Below, in pieces: positions 43,404 through 56,132 of a DNA stretch of 64,000 nucleotides. The notes under the pieces were generated by a model. The model searched no databases. It saw nothing but the letters and a program-made list of their open reading frames with translations, and was not told the DNA's origin. The DNA is from Naegleria gruberi (lineage: Eukaryota). Where the stretch lies: NCBI GenBank assembly GCA_000004985.1, contig GG738902.1. One strand, 5' to 3'. The position numbers were made by a program, and so were the translations under genes. Position 1 is the first letter of the stretch. Each line of letters begins with the position of its first letter.

Positions 43404-45930
43404 ATGAAAGAATCATCAGCGTCTCTCGCACAGAGTTGTGTTGAACAAAAGGATTGGAATCATCAGCAGCAGCAACAAGAACAACTGCAACATCATGAGA
43501 GGGATTTATTTTCATCAATAGCAACAACTAACAATGAAACGTGTTGTCAACAAGAACATACAAGTAAAATAGGAAAGTTAATATCATCATTATGTATATA
43601 TAATTCGAAGAGTCATAATCGGATCAGAGTTTCAAAATTTTGCAATGTAAAATTATGGATAATAATTGTATATTTATTAATATTATTAGATTTATTTTCT
43701 GTACAATACATTCATGCGGAGGTTTTATCATTTGAGAACAAACATCATCACGAAACCGATGTTTTAAAAAAGTTTAGGGAAATGATACGGAAAAGTGATT
43801 ATCCATTAGAAAATTTAAAATCACCCTCTGATAATCATCCTCTGATATTTCCGATTTTTGATAAGAAACGAAATTCTTATCATTCCAAAGGATTTTGGAG
43901 GACAATAGAAGGATTTTATCCTGTTTATAACGAGCAACCAAAGAGAGTTAGCAATAGTGAAAAGAAGACATCTACTACATTGAAACTTTTTACTGCTTTA
44001 CAAAAAGAGAATGGATTGGCAGATGCTGTTGGAAATTATCTAAACAAAGGTTTAGATATCGAGTCTATGGTCAATCCAAATGAATTAATTACGAGAACTG
44101 ATTATCTTCCAGAAGACAAATCTAAATTATTTTACACTAATGTGCATGTTGCAGGTTCACTCAAGATGAATCTGGTTTTTAAAAAAACTATTTTGAGAGA
44201 TTATTACTTTGTGTATGGAACAGTTGCCATGAGGAATGGTAAATATTTCCTTGAGCGAGAAAATTTGCTCTTTCTAGAAGGAGTCTACTCTCTCTTTACC
44301 AATCAATTTCATTTCATTTTAAAACCTAAGAAATACTTATTTTATAGAATGCCAGATTATCTAGATAAGGAATTATTGAATCAAACAGTATTTAATGGAG
44401 ATGCTGGAGCAGAGTTGGCCTATCATTCCTATGTGGATCATTATATTGAAGAATTACAAGAAATGGGTATGGACTATGACTCATACTCTTACTATAGCTC
44501 AGCCTACCATTCTCAACAAGACTCTGTCAACTTTGAAAAATCTAAAAGAGAGAGTTGCGTATTTAAAGGACTAGGTATTGGAAAAGCTAATATTCACGAT
44601 CAAAAACTTAAAAACTTTGTTGAATCATTTGAAACCAATGATTTTAATGAAATTTTGGAGTGGAGTCTCTCAGGAATTGTTACTGGTATTAATTGTAATC
44701 ATACCCTCATGTTCTCTCAAACATTCCATGATAATAGTGAATTTACTCATGAAGTCAAGATTTTCTTGAGAATCTCTACACTTCTTTCCATCTTTCTCAT
44801 ATTTGGCATGTTGAGACAGATCAAGAGTACTGCTACAAGATCAGCAGCACAAAGGATCTCAATTCTGTTCGTCGGCTTTACATTTACACTTTCTTTCCTT
44901 TTCTTCTCTGGATCTCTCATTTTCCTTTTCAACTTTTACTCAGTTTTTAGTATTTCATTGGCTCTTTCCTTTATGAGTTTCCTCTACCTAACTTGCAGCA
45001 TTCAGTATGTGCTTTACATTTGGAAGTCTCACTATCCAAATCATTACGAGAATGTGGTGAGAGCCTCTGTTTTCTTTTTCTTTTGGGGATTTTTAATGAC
45101 TGTATTATTTGGAGGGTACGTATTAGAAATAATTGTTAATTTAACATTTGAGAAAGTTATTACCTTTCACACGTATATCCACACTTACTGAGATATATTT
45201 TATTTATTGGATTTTCATTCATTGTTCCTCAAATTATTTCAAACTTTGTTTACAATACCAGAAAGTCGGTGGATTTGGTCTATTTGACCTCTCTTGTGGT
45301 ATTCTTTTCATTCCTGGTACTATGTAAGTTTCATTTATTAATTCATTGAATTGATTGGTTGAACTTCTGTTATTGTAGACTTTGGAACAAGACCTGAAAA
45401 CTTTTTGGAATTTAAAACAAACTATACTTACTGCTTCCTAATTCTATCCTACATGTATATTCAGTATGGTATCTTTTTAGCACAAAACTTGATTGATCCT
45501 AGATTGAATATTTTGAGTACTCACTTATTTGGATTTATGCTTCCACCAAAATACAATTATCATAGACCAATTCCAGAATCGATGTTGGAAGAGGGAGAGT
45601 GTAAATGCGTTATTTGTATGTCGGAAATTGAAATACCTGAAAATGATACAACCAGTGATGCCTTACTAGTGGAGGTCAATAACAATTCAACTCTAACAAA
45701 TAGAAAAAAGAAAGCAGAAAATTATTCGTCAAAAGACTTTATGGTCACACCTTGCAATCACGTTTTCCACACAGTTTGTCTGGAGAAGGTTAGTTTTTTC
45801 TGATTTAAATTAATTTTTAATATTTCTATTGTGATAATTCTCAATAATTATATATTTATTTTAATAATTAAAGTGGAAGGAATATAAGCTAGAATGTCCT
45901 TTGTGCAAAAAGGATTTGCCAATGAACTAG
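43404..45930 (+). CDS. TUL1/Dsc1-like transmembrane RING-H2 E3 ubiquitin ligase. Four exons: join(43404..45115,45262..45323,45379..45788,45874..45930).
   Basis: A luminal N-terminal domain, then about 7 TM helices, then a C-terminal RING-H2 (CKCVICMSE...PCNHVFHTVCLEK|WKEYKLECPLCKK). The RING is assembled across GTACGT, GTAAGT and GTTAGT introns. Every exon junction keeps the frame. Confidence 0.6.
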
Positions 45931-45979
45931 AAATTAGTTTTGTGATAAATAAATAATTGGTATTTCATGGTTGATTTAT

Positions 45980-48679
45980 TTACATAAATTCATCAATATC
46001 AACATTGACAATGGCGATATCCAAAAGATTTTGTCCCTTCTTAGTAGTACTGACATTTAGGTCGTGGAGAACTGGTCTTTCAAACTCATCTGTTGGCACA
46101 CTCTCAATTGAGTGAACAACCTCCATTCCTTTGATCACTTCACCAAACAGGGTATGCTTATTATCCAACCAAGGAGTTGGTACAGTAGTTATAAAGAATT
46201 GAGAGCTGTTTGTTCCTGGTCCTCTGTTGGCCATTGATAACTTTCCAGGTCTGTCGTGTTTGAGACTTGGTGAAAATTCATCCTCAAATTCCTTTCCAAA
46301 TATTGAGGTACCTCCAGTACCATCACGATTATCATTATCACCTGTTTGAATCATAAAGTTCTTAATAACTCTATGGAAAATACAATTATCATAATATCCA
46401 TTCAAAGAAAGTTGAGTAAAGTTTTCCACAGTCTTTGGACAAACATCAGGGAATAATTTAACTTGAATATCTCCAAATGATGTGTGAATGGTGGCAATCT
46501 TGGCAAGTTTTCCAATCTTTTTCTTTCCTCCAAATCCACTAAGAGATGATGCAGATTCTCCAATAGCATTAGCAATTTCCATTTCTTCCTTTGATGGTTT
46601 TTCGTTGAAAATGTCTCTACCAATGCTAGCACTAGCTGTAATGTAGGCAAATCGTTGATGAACAGATCCTGTATGTTCATCATCTTCTGATGGTTCTCTC
46701 TTGCTAAACATGTAAAATCTATTCTTCTTGTAGGCTGAACAGAATAAAGTAGGGTCCAAATAGTCCAATTTAATAATACTGGCCTCGTCGGAGTCACCCA
46801 TTGTAAACATTTGAGAGGAACCATTGGAATTTTTTGAGGCATTATGTTTTGAAAGTTCTGCTCTAGATATTTTAATAATACCTTGGAAGAGCCCAATATT
46901 CATAAATCGTTCAGTACTTTCCACTTTACCCAAAAGTCTATCGACACGATTCGTCCTAATATTTCTAAATTTGATACCAAAGATAGTTGGATAAATTAAA
47001 AATTGTGAGCTATCATCAAAGAGAACATGTGGTGTTGAATGATAATCCTTGAAGAGAGGATTACTAATTGGTTTGGAAGAATGTTTGCTATCAATAACCT
47101 GCTCAATTTCATGTTCAATAGCAACTCTTCTACCAAAATCAAAGTTGTCAGTGGCATACAGTTCCAAATCATTAGTCTCCATTTTGAGTTTTTCTAAAAG
47201 AATCTTAGATTTTTTGATTTCCTCGCTTTGGGTTGGATCTTCAGATGTTGTTGATGCTATATTTTCCAAAGTTTCAATAAAGGCCTTGTTAGTGGCAGCT
47301 TTTTGTAAATTTTCTTGGAGTGGCAAAGATTCATCATAATCTCTCACCATTTTACCAGATAAAAAGTCAAAAACTCTAACATGACCATCTCTACACAAGA
47401 CAACAAACGATTTTCCATCCTTTGAAATATCCAAGCTGATGGCATAGGTTTTTTGTTTGGCCAATTCAAAGAGTGAAGTTTCAGACTTGTACTTGAAAGT
47501 AAAGAGATTAGTTTGCTTTGTAGATAAATATTTGTTTGCTTCCTCAAGTGTTGGGAATTTACCAGTATGTGGATTCCAGTATTCAATCATTCCCTTTTCA
47601 TCACAACTAATCATAGCTCCAAAAACTGAATTGAACTTGCAACAAGTAATCTTAGAACGATGTATCATTATAGATCCAGCAACGTTGTACTTGTAAATTG
47701 GGTCATTGGATGTAGCATCAGGATTACATGGATCATAAAATTCAATAGCTCCATCTTCAAAGAATATTCCTAGTATTTTGTCAGTAGCACTTCCTTGTTT
47801 CTTAGTGATATATTCACATAGATGCAATTCTCTCTTTTGAGTTGGTTCTTCAGGTTTTGTAAAACTAAAAACATTAATCATATCAAAGTTTGTAACATCA
47901 TAAACCTTTAAATCACTTCTAGTCATACTTGCTGCCAATAATCCATCACATGCCATGGTACCATATTTCAAAGGACCCATCACTGAAGTATTATGAGCAG
48001 TAAAATGTTTCACATATTCAATATTATCAATTGTTTTTCTCCAGAATTTAACATGACCATCCTTAGACATGGTAATTATGAAATGAGTAGAACTGTGTGA
48101 ACTACTGGTTGTTACCTTTGATGGTGGAGCTACAAGTACATAACAAATATAATCACGATGCATATAAGACCATTCATACATTAATCCTTCTGGTAATTGT
48201 CCTAAATGTAATTGATCAATTCTCTCTTCCTTTGATAATTTAATTTTAGATCCTAGATTATTATTACTAATTTCCTGTTGTTGAATACTTGATGAGGAGG
48301 CTTCAATACCATCGGAGGAGGAGGAAACAGCTAGTGATGATTGATTATTATTTGTTGTTGTTGTTGGAGGTAATGAAGGAATACTTGGTCCATAACCATC
48401 ATCATCAGATTCCTCTGCTGATGATTTTGTATTACTAGTTGTTGTTGGTTGCATACCTGGAATGGCAGGGCCATAATCATCTTCATCCTCCTCTTCTTCA
48501 TTATTTACTTCTTGATCATCACTCTTTACAGCAGTATTTAATTTAGCAATTTGTTCTTCCAATTGTCTCTTCTTTTTTAATTGTCTTTCAAAGTCATCGT
48601 CCGATTCCGATGATGATAAAGCCGATGATGAGGACGATGAATAACTTGATGAAGAGGACGAAGAATTTCTTCTTTTCAT
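45980..48679 (-). CDS. PPWD1: Peptidyl-prolyl isomerase domain and WD-repeat protein (PPWD1-type: N-terminal WD40 propeller plus C-terminal cyclophilin)
   Basis: The C-terminal cyclophilin motifs are [14 protein letters not shown]...GGTSIFG...FFIT...HTLFGEV. The WD-repeat region is upstream. The protein is 899 aa with a Ser/acidic-rich N-terminal extension. Confidence 0.8.
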   Translation of the reverse strand: MKRRNSSSSSSSYSSSSSSALSSSESDDDFERQLKKKRQLEEQIAKLNTAVKSDDQEVNNEEEEDEDDYGPAIPGMQPTTTSNTKSSAEESDDDGYGPSIPSLPPTTTTNNNQSSLAVSSSSDGIEASSSSIQQQEISNNNLGSKIKLSKEERIDQLHLGQLPEGLMYEWSYMHRDYICYVLVAPPSKVTTSSSHSSTHFIITMSKDGHVKFWRKTIDNIEYVKHFTAHNTSVMGPLKYGTMACDGLLAASMTRSDLKVYDVTNFDMINVFSFTKPEEPTQKRELHLCEYITKKQGSATDKILGIFFEDGAIEFYDPCNPDATSNDPIYKYNVAGSIMIHRSKITCCKFNSVFGAMISCDEKGMIEYWNPHTGKFPTLEEANKYLSTKQTNLFTFKYKSETSLFELAKQKTYAISLDISKDGKSFVVLCRDGHVRVFDFLSGKMVRDYDESLPLQENLQKAATNKAFIETLENIASTTSEDPTQSEEIKKSKILLEKLKMETNDLELYATDNFDFGRRVAIEHEIEQVIDSKHSSKPISNPLFKDYHSTPHVLFDDSSQFLIYPTIFGIKFRNIRTNRVDRLLGKVESTERFMNIGLFQGIIKISRAELSKHNASKNSNGSSQMFTMGDSDEASIIKLDYLDPTLFCSAYKKNRFYMFSKREPSEDDEHTGSVHQRFAYITASASIGRDIFNEKPSKEEMEIANAIGESASSLSGFGGKKKIGKLAKIATIHTSFGDIQVKLFPDVCPKTVENFTQLSLNGYYDNCIFHRVIKNFMIQTGDNDNRDGTGGTSIFGKEFEDEFSPSLKHDRPGKLSMANRGPGTNSSQFFITTVPTPWLDNKHTLFGEVIKGMEVVHSIESVPTDEFERPVLHDLNVSTTKKGQNLLDIAIVNVDIDEFM

Positions 48680-48822
48680 TTTTTTCTACTTTGTTGAACA
48701 TGAAGGAATGATGATAATCTTCTAATTCTTTCTTCTTTGTGCAATGAATGATATTCATGAGCAGAATAATCTCTGAGGAATGTTTACAAATGGATGTAAT
48801 ATAGAGTTTGAGATTTGATAAT

Positions 48823-49740
48823 TTATTTGTAAATTTGAATTCTATTATTCTTATTATCCACAACATATAATTCACCAGTTCTAATATTGATGGTGAGTCC
48901 TGTTGGATTGACGAGTTCGAGAGGTCCATTTCCCTTACTTCCAAATGATTTGATAAATTCACCTCTTGGTGAGAAAACCTGAATGCGATTATTACTGCTG
49001 TCACAAACAATGATATTCCCTGTTGGCTTGTCAACAGTTAATCCTGTTGGATATAAGAAATCAGAATTAGAAATACCCTTCTTACCGAACATGTAAATAA
49101 AATCGTCACCATTCTTTGACATGATCTGAACTCTATTGTTTTTCATATCGGTCACAATTAAGAAATTGTCTCTATTTGAAATACCAATACCATTTGGTGC
49201 GTGGAATTGCATTGGGCCTTTACCTTCACCTCCTATGTGTCTAATGAATTTACCTTGACGGGATACAAGAACAACCTTACTGTCACTCACAAAAATGTTG
49301 CCATTTGTATCATCAACAGCAATACCTTGTGGTTTTGATAAGAGTTCTTTTGATTCCAAAGACCAAAGTAAATTGTGATCATTACACAAACTATACTTAT
49401 ATACACAACTATTTTCACAAGTGACAATGAGGGAATCATCCTTGTGATCAACAGCCATATACAATGGCTTATCGGGAGTGTCAATTGTATATTTAAATTC
49501 TTGTGAAAACAAATCAAAAGCTTGAATTCTTTGATTTCCATTATCGCTTACAAATATTGTGTGATGTTCAAAGCTAATTTTTACATCAATAGGATTATTA
49601 AAGTTACCAGGTTGATCCGAAACAGGTAAACCTCCTATCGTACCAGTATGTAAAAAGTCTAATCTAAAAGAAACAATATTAGTTGTTGCTCTTTCAGCTT
49701 CGTGATTGCTGATAATCTCGTGTTTCAAGTGCATAGACAT
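48823..49740 (-). CDS. NHL-repeat beta-propeller protein (6 NHL repeats)
   Basis: Recurrent ...F..P.G+..D...NI+V.D..N+RIQ+F... units such as GNQRIQAFD, NNRVQIMS, NNRIQVFS and NNRIQIYK. Confidence 0.65.
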   Translation of the reverse strand: MSMHLKHEIISNHEAERATTNIVSFRLDFLHTGTIGGLPVSDQPGNFNNPIDVKISFEHHTIFVSDNGNQRIQAFDLFSQEFKYTIDTPDKPLYMAVDHKDDSLIVTCENSCVYKYSLCNDHNLLWSLESKELLSKPQGIAVDDTNGNIFVSDSKVVLVSRQGKFIRHIGGEGKGPMQFHAPNGIGISNRDNFLIVTDMKNNRVQIMSKNGDDFIYMFGKKGISNSDFLYPTGLTVDKPTGNIIVCDSSNNRIQVFSPRGEFIKSFGSKGNGPLELVNPTGLTINIRTGELYVVDNKNNRIQIYK

Positions 49741-50329
49741 TTTGTATAGAGTTTAATGTGTTGTTATTAAAGAAGTGTGTATTGTACAAATTCAAATTGT
49801 AAGATGATGATTTTCCAGATGATAAAGTATTATAAAGCCTATCAATATATTCTTCTTCTTGTGTCGGTCGAGGTAATCAGTACGAAATGATGATATTGGT
49901 GAGGAAGATATGTTGTTGTATTGTTGAGGCCTTTTTTTGTGGTGTATTAGCAAAAAATAATATTGCGGCTTTGTGTGTGTTTTGTTCAGATTTGAGTTTG
50001 GCACATAAAAGGATCTTTGGCAACAGACACAAAAAAGCTACTGGGCCAAAACTATTTTAACACAATGAGGATGATTATGGACACGGTCAATGAAAATTAG
50101 TAAGATTGTGAGGTGGCCTTATAAAGCATTGTTGGATTGCTTTCATTGTTGTGTGTGAAATGTGTGAAATGTTTCAAGTTATAAGAGATTATCAGTGCTT
50201 TCATTTTTGGAATATTTGACGATTATGGATTGTTCTCCTTTTAAAATTAAAAACACTTACTGGAATAAACGCCATATTTTTGTACATTTATACAATAGAT
50301 TTCACCAGGTTGACCTCTGTAGATGAAAT

Positions 50330-52156
50330 TTACACAAGTTGTTCTCTGGATGGAGACAATCTTCTAGTTGGAGAGCTTTCATTGTCATCAGTACTTGTGG
50401 TTGGTGAAGTAATACTGCTTACAAGAGGGGAGAGAGTTGGAATTTCAACACCCATATTTCTCTTGGCAAGACTGAAAGCATAAATTCCAAGATTTGTACA
50501 CAATTCTCTTACAACAGAAACAGCAAAGAATGAATAAGCCAAAGCAGACCAAACAATGGAAATAGAAAGGAGGGCAACTGAATTAATGAGAGTTGCACCA
50601 GTTTTTGAGAAAATAACTGTAAGTCCATTCAAGATAAAGACAATCATTGGAAGGACAATGACAAGATATTGCTTAGTATATCTTGGATAAGGTTGATTAC
50701 TGACACGGGCAATATTCATTGTTGTCAAGAAGATGCCAAAAGCAAAACCACCAACAACCATAATTCCAATCCAGTGAGTTTGATAGAATGATCTATCACC
50801 AATAACATCAGATGGAATAACTCTAGCAATAAGACTCATACATAAATATAAAACAGCCATAACTACCAAAACACCTAAATCCAATGTGGCAGTACCAATT
50901 TCTTGTTTGGTTTTGATGATATTACTCTTTTGAGAATCTTTGAATTCCTTGGTTTGCAAACCAGATTCCAAATCAATAGGCTCATTATTGCTATCCTCGT
51001 CCAATGAAACTGTCTTTGACTTTTGTTTGTAGAAATTGAAAACATGATAAATTGAAGTGATTGGAGACATTGCAGAACTAAACATGGTGAGTAAAATAAC
51101 CCAAAATCCAACATTAGCTCCTAGGAATGAAATATTACCCAATCCAACAACTGAATAGCTTGGAACAATAATGTTATAAATGAAAGCAGCCAAATGTGCA
51201 CCAATAACAGCAAATTGACCATCACTAGCAGAAACAAAACCCATGTAAAATCTTCCAGTGTGATAGTGTTCCCAGTGAGCAGTGTAGAAGGCAAACATCA
51301 TAACAATATGAAGAGCAGGCACAATAATATCACCGATAAAGTATCCAAATTCGCTTGAAGCTATTCTGAACGGTGTTTCTCCTAAGACAATGAGGAAAGA
51401 CAATGGTAAAATTGTCAAACTCAAAGCATCGACACCATGGTCAAAGATTTCTCCTAAAGGGCTACTACTACCAGTTCTTCTAGCTTGTTTTCCATCACAT
51501 CCATCCAATGTATTATAACAGAAAATCAATAATGAAATTAAAAGTAATGTAAAGTTATAAAAAGCTTGTGATGTAACTGAAGTTATCACATAGGAATAAT
51601 AATTAATAACGGAAATTGTAAAAACTAGGGCAACACAAAAGAACCCAGAAAGAGTGATTGCATTAGGAGCTAACCACTCTGGGAAAATTCTACTAGTAAT
51701 GAAATTCCAGAAAGGATTCAAAATATAATTTTCAGCTACGGAATTGTTTTGAACATCAAACTTGTAGAGAGCAGCAACCAAGTTTGGAGTGTCAGCACTA
51801 TTATTATTGGCAGCAGCAAGGGCTTGTTGTTCACGTTTTGCTCTCATGATGGATTGTAAATATTCCTTTCCTTGTGGTGAAATGAATGAGTACCACTTTG
51901 GTCTAGTACTAACTTCAGTTATATATGACCACATTAAATTCAAGTTGGCCATAAATCCACTTCCTGATGAAAGAGGGAGAGTAGCTGGATCAAAACGTTC
52001 ACCTGATGATTTTTGAATCATCGGAGAAGAAGATGAAATAAATTCATTTTGGAAAGTTGGTGATACTGCTTGAGATCTTTCATGGTCTCTTTGGGAATGA
52101 CTATCAACTTCTTCAATAGAAAGTTCTTCCGATGATGATTGTCTAGAATTCATCAT
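50330..52156 (-). CDS. CDP-alcohol phosphatidyltransferase family choline/ethanolamine phosphotransferase with a long C-terminal membrane extension
   Basis: DGCDGKQARRTGSSSPLGEIFDHGVDALS matches the DG(x)2AR(x)8G(x)3D(x)3D motif. The N-terminal segment resembles CPT/EPT enzymes. Multi-TM. Confidence 0.75.
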   Translation of the reverse strand: MMNSRQSSSEELSIEEVDSHSQRDHERSQAVSPTFQNEFISSSSPMIQKSSGERFDPATLPLSSGSGFMANLNLMWSYITEVSTRPKWYSFISPQGKEYLQSIMRAKREQQALAAANNNSADTPNLVAALYKFDVQNNSVAENYILNPFWNFITSRIFPEWLAPNAITLSGFFCVALVFTISVINYYSYVITSVTSQAFYNFTLLLISLLIFCYNTLDGCDGKQARRTGSSSPLGEIFDHGVDALSLTILPLSFLIVLGETPFRIASSEFGYFIGDIIVPALHIVMMFAFYTAHWEHYHTGRFYMGFVSASDGQFAVIGAHLAAFIYNIIVPSYSVVGLGNISFLGANVGFWVILLTMFSSAMSPITSIYHVFNFYKQKSKTVSLDEDSNNEPIDLESGLQTKEFKDSQKSNIIKTKQEIGTATLDLGVLVVMAVLYLCMSLIARVIPSDVIGDRSFYQTHWIGIMVVGGFAFGIFLTTMNIARVSNQPYPRYTKQYLVIVLPMIVFILNGLTVIFSKTGATLINSVALLSISIVWSALAYSFFAVSVVRELCTNLGIYAFSLAKRNMGVEIPTLSPLVSSITSPTTSTDDNESSPTRRLSPSREQLV

Positions 52157-52573
52157 AAATAAGTTGCTTTAAATAAATAGTTTTGTTTTTCTATATTCAA
52201 TTGTGCGATCCAACCTTTAAATGTAAAAAACTGCTCTTGCGTTATTGTTGTTGGCAGTAAATAAATGTAACAGCGAAATTTACACTCTAGCTTCTTTTTT
52301 TTAATTTAAATTTTTTAAATAAATTTTAAACGTTGAAGGTTTTGAATTATTTTCAAGGCTAAAAAGCAGAAGTTCTATTTGTTATCCATCTTCATCTGAA
52401 GTGACCTCGATACAACAGTTGTTTCATTGGGAGATGGATAATATTTTGAAGGAAGAGGAACTTTTGAACATGTGCTATTTTCCAAAGTTACGAATGTTCA
52501 AAAAGTTCAAATTAATTCAAGAATGAAAATTAATGAAATTGTTATTACTACTGTTGTATTAGAGTTAATTGAT

Positions 52574-53425
52574 TTACAAATTCAATTCTTTGAATGCTTT
52601 ATAACCAGAAGCTAATGCTTCATAGACTTCTTCAAGTTCAGATTCAGAATAATCCTCTGGAATGTAAGTTGTTCGATTGAATGGATACATGTAGTTTTCA
52701 TATCCCTCACTCTCAGCTCCTGATTCAGGGTCAGCACAAATCTTGTTGTAATATTCTTCTCCTTCAGAGATGATTTTACACACAGCATACATTCCACCAT
52801 CATCTAATCAAATTGTCATTTGACAAGCTCAATAATAAAAAAACAAACCTTCAAAATCATCCATATCATTATCTCTTCCAATACTAACCAAATGATCCAA
52901 AACCTTATAGAATTTAGTTTCAATCCTAGCAGCAATGTCAACCAATGAATTATCCACAATAATCTTTTCAACATTATCACATTTTCCTTCTGATTTTCCA
53001 ACAATCCACCAAAACAATCTCTCAAGTCTCTCATCATCATTCTTTGTTACAAATCTTCTCTTCAACAATTTCATCACCAAGCCATTAAACTCATTTAAAT
53101 GCTTTAATCTTCTAGAATACAATGGAAACTCCTCCATCATGGCCTTCTCATAACGTTTATCCATCACAGAAAGGTCATAAAAACTCTTCGAAACCAATTT
53201 AATGTTTTGCAATGCCTCAACATTTGCATAATCAAGAATTAAGGAGAGAATTTCCTGAGGACACTCAACATTATTCAATTTAATGGACGATAGAGTTGCT
53301 GATTCGGATCCGAATACAAGAACCTGATCAGTCATTGCCAACTCTATCATTTCATTCATGTTCATTTCGTCGCGTTTTGTTTTTTTTGCACCTTTAGTGG
53401 ATTCTTCTTTTAATTGTCGTTTCAT
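52574..53425 (-). CDS. F-box-like hypothetical protein. Two exons: complement(join(52574..52803,52849..53425)).
   Basis: CPQEILSLILDYANVEALQNIKLVSKSFYDL (F-box-like). The donor is gaa g|GTTTGT and the acceptor attAG, a 45-nt intron. The frame joins ...DMDDFEG|DDGGMYAVCKII.... Confidence 0.45.
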
Positions 53426-53667
53426 TTTTTTATGGAAGAGATGAACTTGGTTTTTTAAACTATCTTTTTAAATATGATGAACTTGGTGAACTCTACAAAA
53501 TTCGAGATTATGAAGGAAAATTCAAAAAGTAGGAGTCCCCATTGTATTCCAGAAGATTAACAATTTTCTTTAAATATAATTGAGGTTACGTAGCAATGAT
53601 GTCATCCACTGTTTTTCAAATCATTTCTGTATGCCACTATTTCATATTGAAATCAAAATAGAAAAAA

Positions 53668-54497
53668 ATGAAAGGAAACTCAACCCAAACAATCACCCGA
53701 TCGAATGCAAATTCATCCTCATCACTGACACAACCAATATTCGATAATTCAAGTGATGGAATATTGACTTCAATCCGAAGAGGAAATATCAAACATATAG
53801 AGCATGCCATTGCGCATCGTGAACACATTCCCGATCACTATTTTAATATTCATGTGGCTGCAGAGTGTGGAGAGTTGAGTATTTTGGATTTAATGATTAG
53901 GAAAATACCATGCAAGGATATTAATGCAGTGAATGGAGAGGTAGGTTATTGAGATTGGATAGTTCTTCTCAGTTGAATCGATTGAATGTGTGTTTGTGCG
54001 TGTGGATGAATTGGATGATTAGGGAATGACTTGTTTAACGTTGGCTTGTTGGAGGAATAGAGCTAATGTGGTGAGATATTTGTGTTCGTTTGAAAATTTG
54101 GATTTGAATAAGAAAGTGACGAGGGCAGAGAATACAGCTCTTCATGTTGCTGCTTCGTATAATTATGTGGATGTTGTTTTGATATTGTTGAGATCTGGTG
54201 CTGAGAAAACAATTGAGAATTATGTAAATATTTTTAATTTTTTAAACTTAATTGCTAAATTTGGATAATAGTATGGAAGAAATGCTGAGGATGAAGCATT
54301 GAATAGAGGACTTTCTAATATTGCTGAGTTGATTGCAAGATTTGAAAAGAATTTGGTAAGTTTAGTTTAAATATTCGAAAGGAATTTAAAATATGTTTTA
54401 GGCAATTAAATTGAAATTAAAAAGACAAATTCTTGATCAAGAATCTTACTCAAATTATCGTATTTGGGATATTTCCATAAATATTTCTGAAGATTAA
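53668..54497 (+). CDS. Ankyrin-repeat protein. Four exons: join(53668..53940,54023..54223,54272..54355,54402..54497).
   Basis: The ANK units are NIHVAAECGELSILDLMI and TALHVAASYNYVDVVLILLRSGAE. There are three introns of 82, 48 and 46 nt with GTAGGT, GTAAAT and GTAAGT donors. All junctions are in phase 0. Confidence 0.6.
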
Positions 54498-54523
54498 TAA
54501 ATTTCAAACTTTACAATAATTGT

Positions 54524-56132
54524 TTACAATTTATTCTCAAAAACAAACATATTCTCACCTGTCTTATATTGAACAGATGGCAAAATGGTAGTTTGAACAA
54601 AGTGACTTCTACTTTCCCATAAATCAAGGAATACACGATATTTGAGAGTTTGTTCTAAATAATCAACTCCAGAACTGCCACCAGTTCCAACACGAGTTCC
54701 AATCATTCTCTCAACCATACGAACGTGACGAGTTCTCCACATCAATAGAGCTTCTTCCAAAGCAACTAATTTATCCAATAAATTGGCATAGTCCCACAAC
54801 ATGTGATGATGTCTGTAACTCATAATAAAGAGGAGTGCAGTACGACGTTTCTTAATACGTTCAATCTTTTCATTCACTGATCTCTTCATTGGTTTTTCTT
54901 CTTCTTCAGCAGCAGGAGTATTACTTTCAGAGCTAGCTCCAGTAACTGGACATTTTTCTTCAGTAGTGACATTTTCTTGTTGAGCAAAGAATGGACAACC
55001 TCTTGTGGATGGTTTCTTAAATTTGAATTGTTGTCTTCCCTTAATATGAGTTTCAGTATCCTCAATATGAATCCATTGCTTGGCAGGTTTCATTTCTCTT
55101 TCAATTTGTTCTTGAATAGTTTGCATCTCAGTTTCTGGATTAAACCATCGACATTTTTGGAACATTAAATGATCCTTCTTTCTTTCCAAAAAGATTTGAA
55201 TGAATTGATTTGCAGGAATCTTTGGATAAACAACTTCTTCTAACCATCGATAAACCAACTTTCTAACAGACATTTCAGATTGTCTTTGTTTCAATCTCTT
55301 CATACCAATCAAATCATGTTGTAAATCTTCTTCAAAACTATTTCTACTTCCCATATTTCTGTTACAATCTCTCAATCCAAGCATGACTTCCAATTCACGC
55401 ATTTGAATAGATTGGAAACCACTTGCTGGTCCAATTACTGAACGATATTCCAAAAAGTCAGCTGGATGCATGGTTTCTAAAATGTCAAAAGTTCCCAAAG
55501 TGTAACGAAGAATTTGATCAGCTCTATTTAATCTGTGAACAAGAATTTGAGTTTGTTCAACTGTCAAATCAACATCTTCATTGGAATGACTGGTTGCATA
55601 ATTAACTACCTTTCTCAAAACAGTTTGAACAGAATCCAATTCGAATAATATTTGTTTAAACCATAATTCGAAACTTTGATGAACAACAATGAATAAATGT
55701 TCATCTATTTTAAATTATTTACCACCAAACATCAACCATTATCATGACGATCACATTAATTTTTACATTTCCGATAATATTTAAAAATTCTATTCGAAAC
55801 CAAATAACAAACACTCTCAACTTACCATGATGATTCAATCCACCCTTACAATCACCATTTTGCAATTTCAACAACTCATCAGTCATAATATAATTATTAT
55901 AAGTAACAATAACTTTCTTTGCATTTTCCAATGGATGCAATCCATGCAATTCTTCATACGAAATTGAATGATCGGAGGAGGAGGATGAGGATTTTGAACG
56001 TTCTTGACCAATTTGTGAATTGTTGGATGAGAGAGGATGGGAAGGAGGTGGAGAAGAGGTGGTGGAAGAACCGTTGATTGGTTGTGTTTCTTCAAAGTGT
56101 GGTGGAGTGATTGGATGAGTGTGGGAATCCAT
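54524..56132 (-). CDS. TDO2: Tryptophan 2,3-dioxygenase. Two exons: complement(join(54524..55704,55826..56132)).
   Basis: Exon 2 encodes DEHLFIVVHQSFELWFKQILFELDSV...PASGFQSIQMRELE...GTGGSSGVDYLEQT...YRVFLDLW, the TDO signature. Exon 1 supplies the TYNNYIMTDELLKLQ region. The intron is GTAAGT...atAG, 121 nt. Confidence 0.8.

Noticed and set aside
45191-45404. Reading the TUL1-like protein as ending at the stop at 45191 (unspliced model)
   Set aside because: A GTACGT donor sits at 45116. Downstream exons continue in frame into a complete RING-H2, and the architecture then matches a known family. The spliced model is strongly preferred, though it lacks transcript evidence.
48594-49034. Track ORF 48594..49034 (-) overlapping both the PPWD1 start and the NHL gene 3' end
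   Set aside because: It is in the wrong frame relative to both well-supported genes, and it is hydrophobic low-complexity sequence. It is an artefact of AT-rich sequence.
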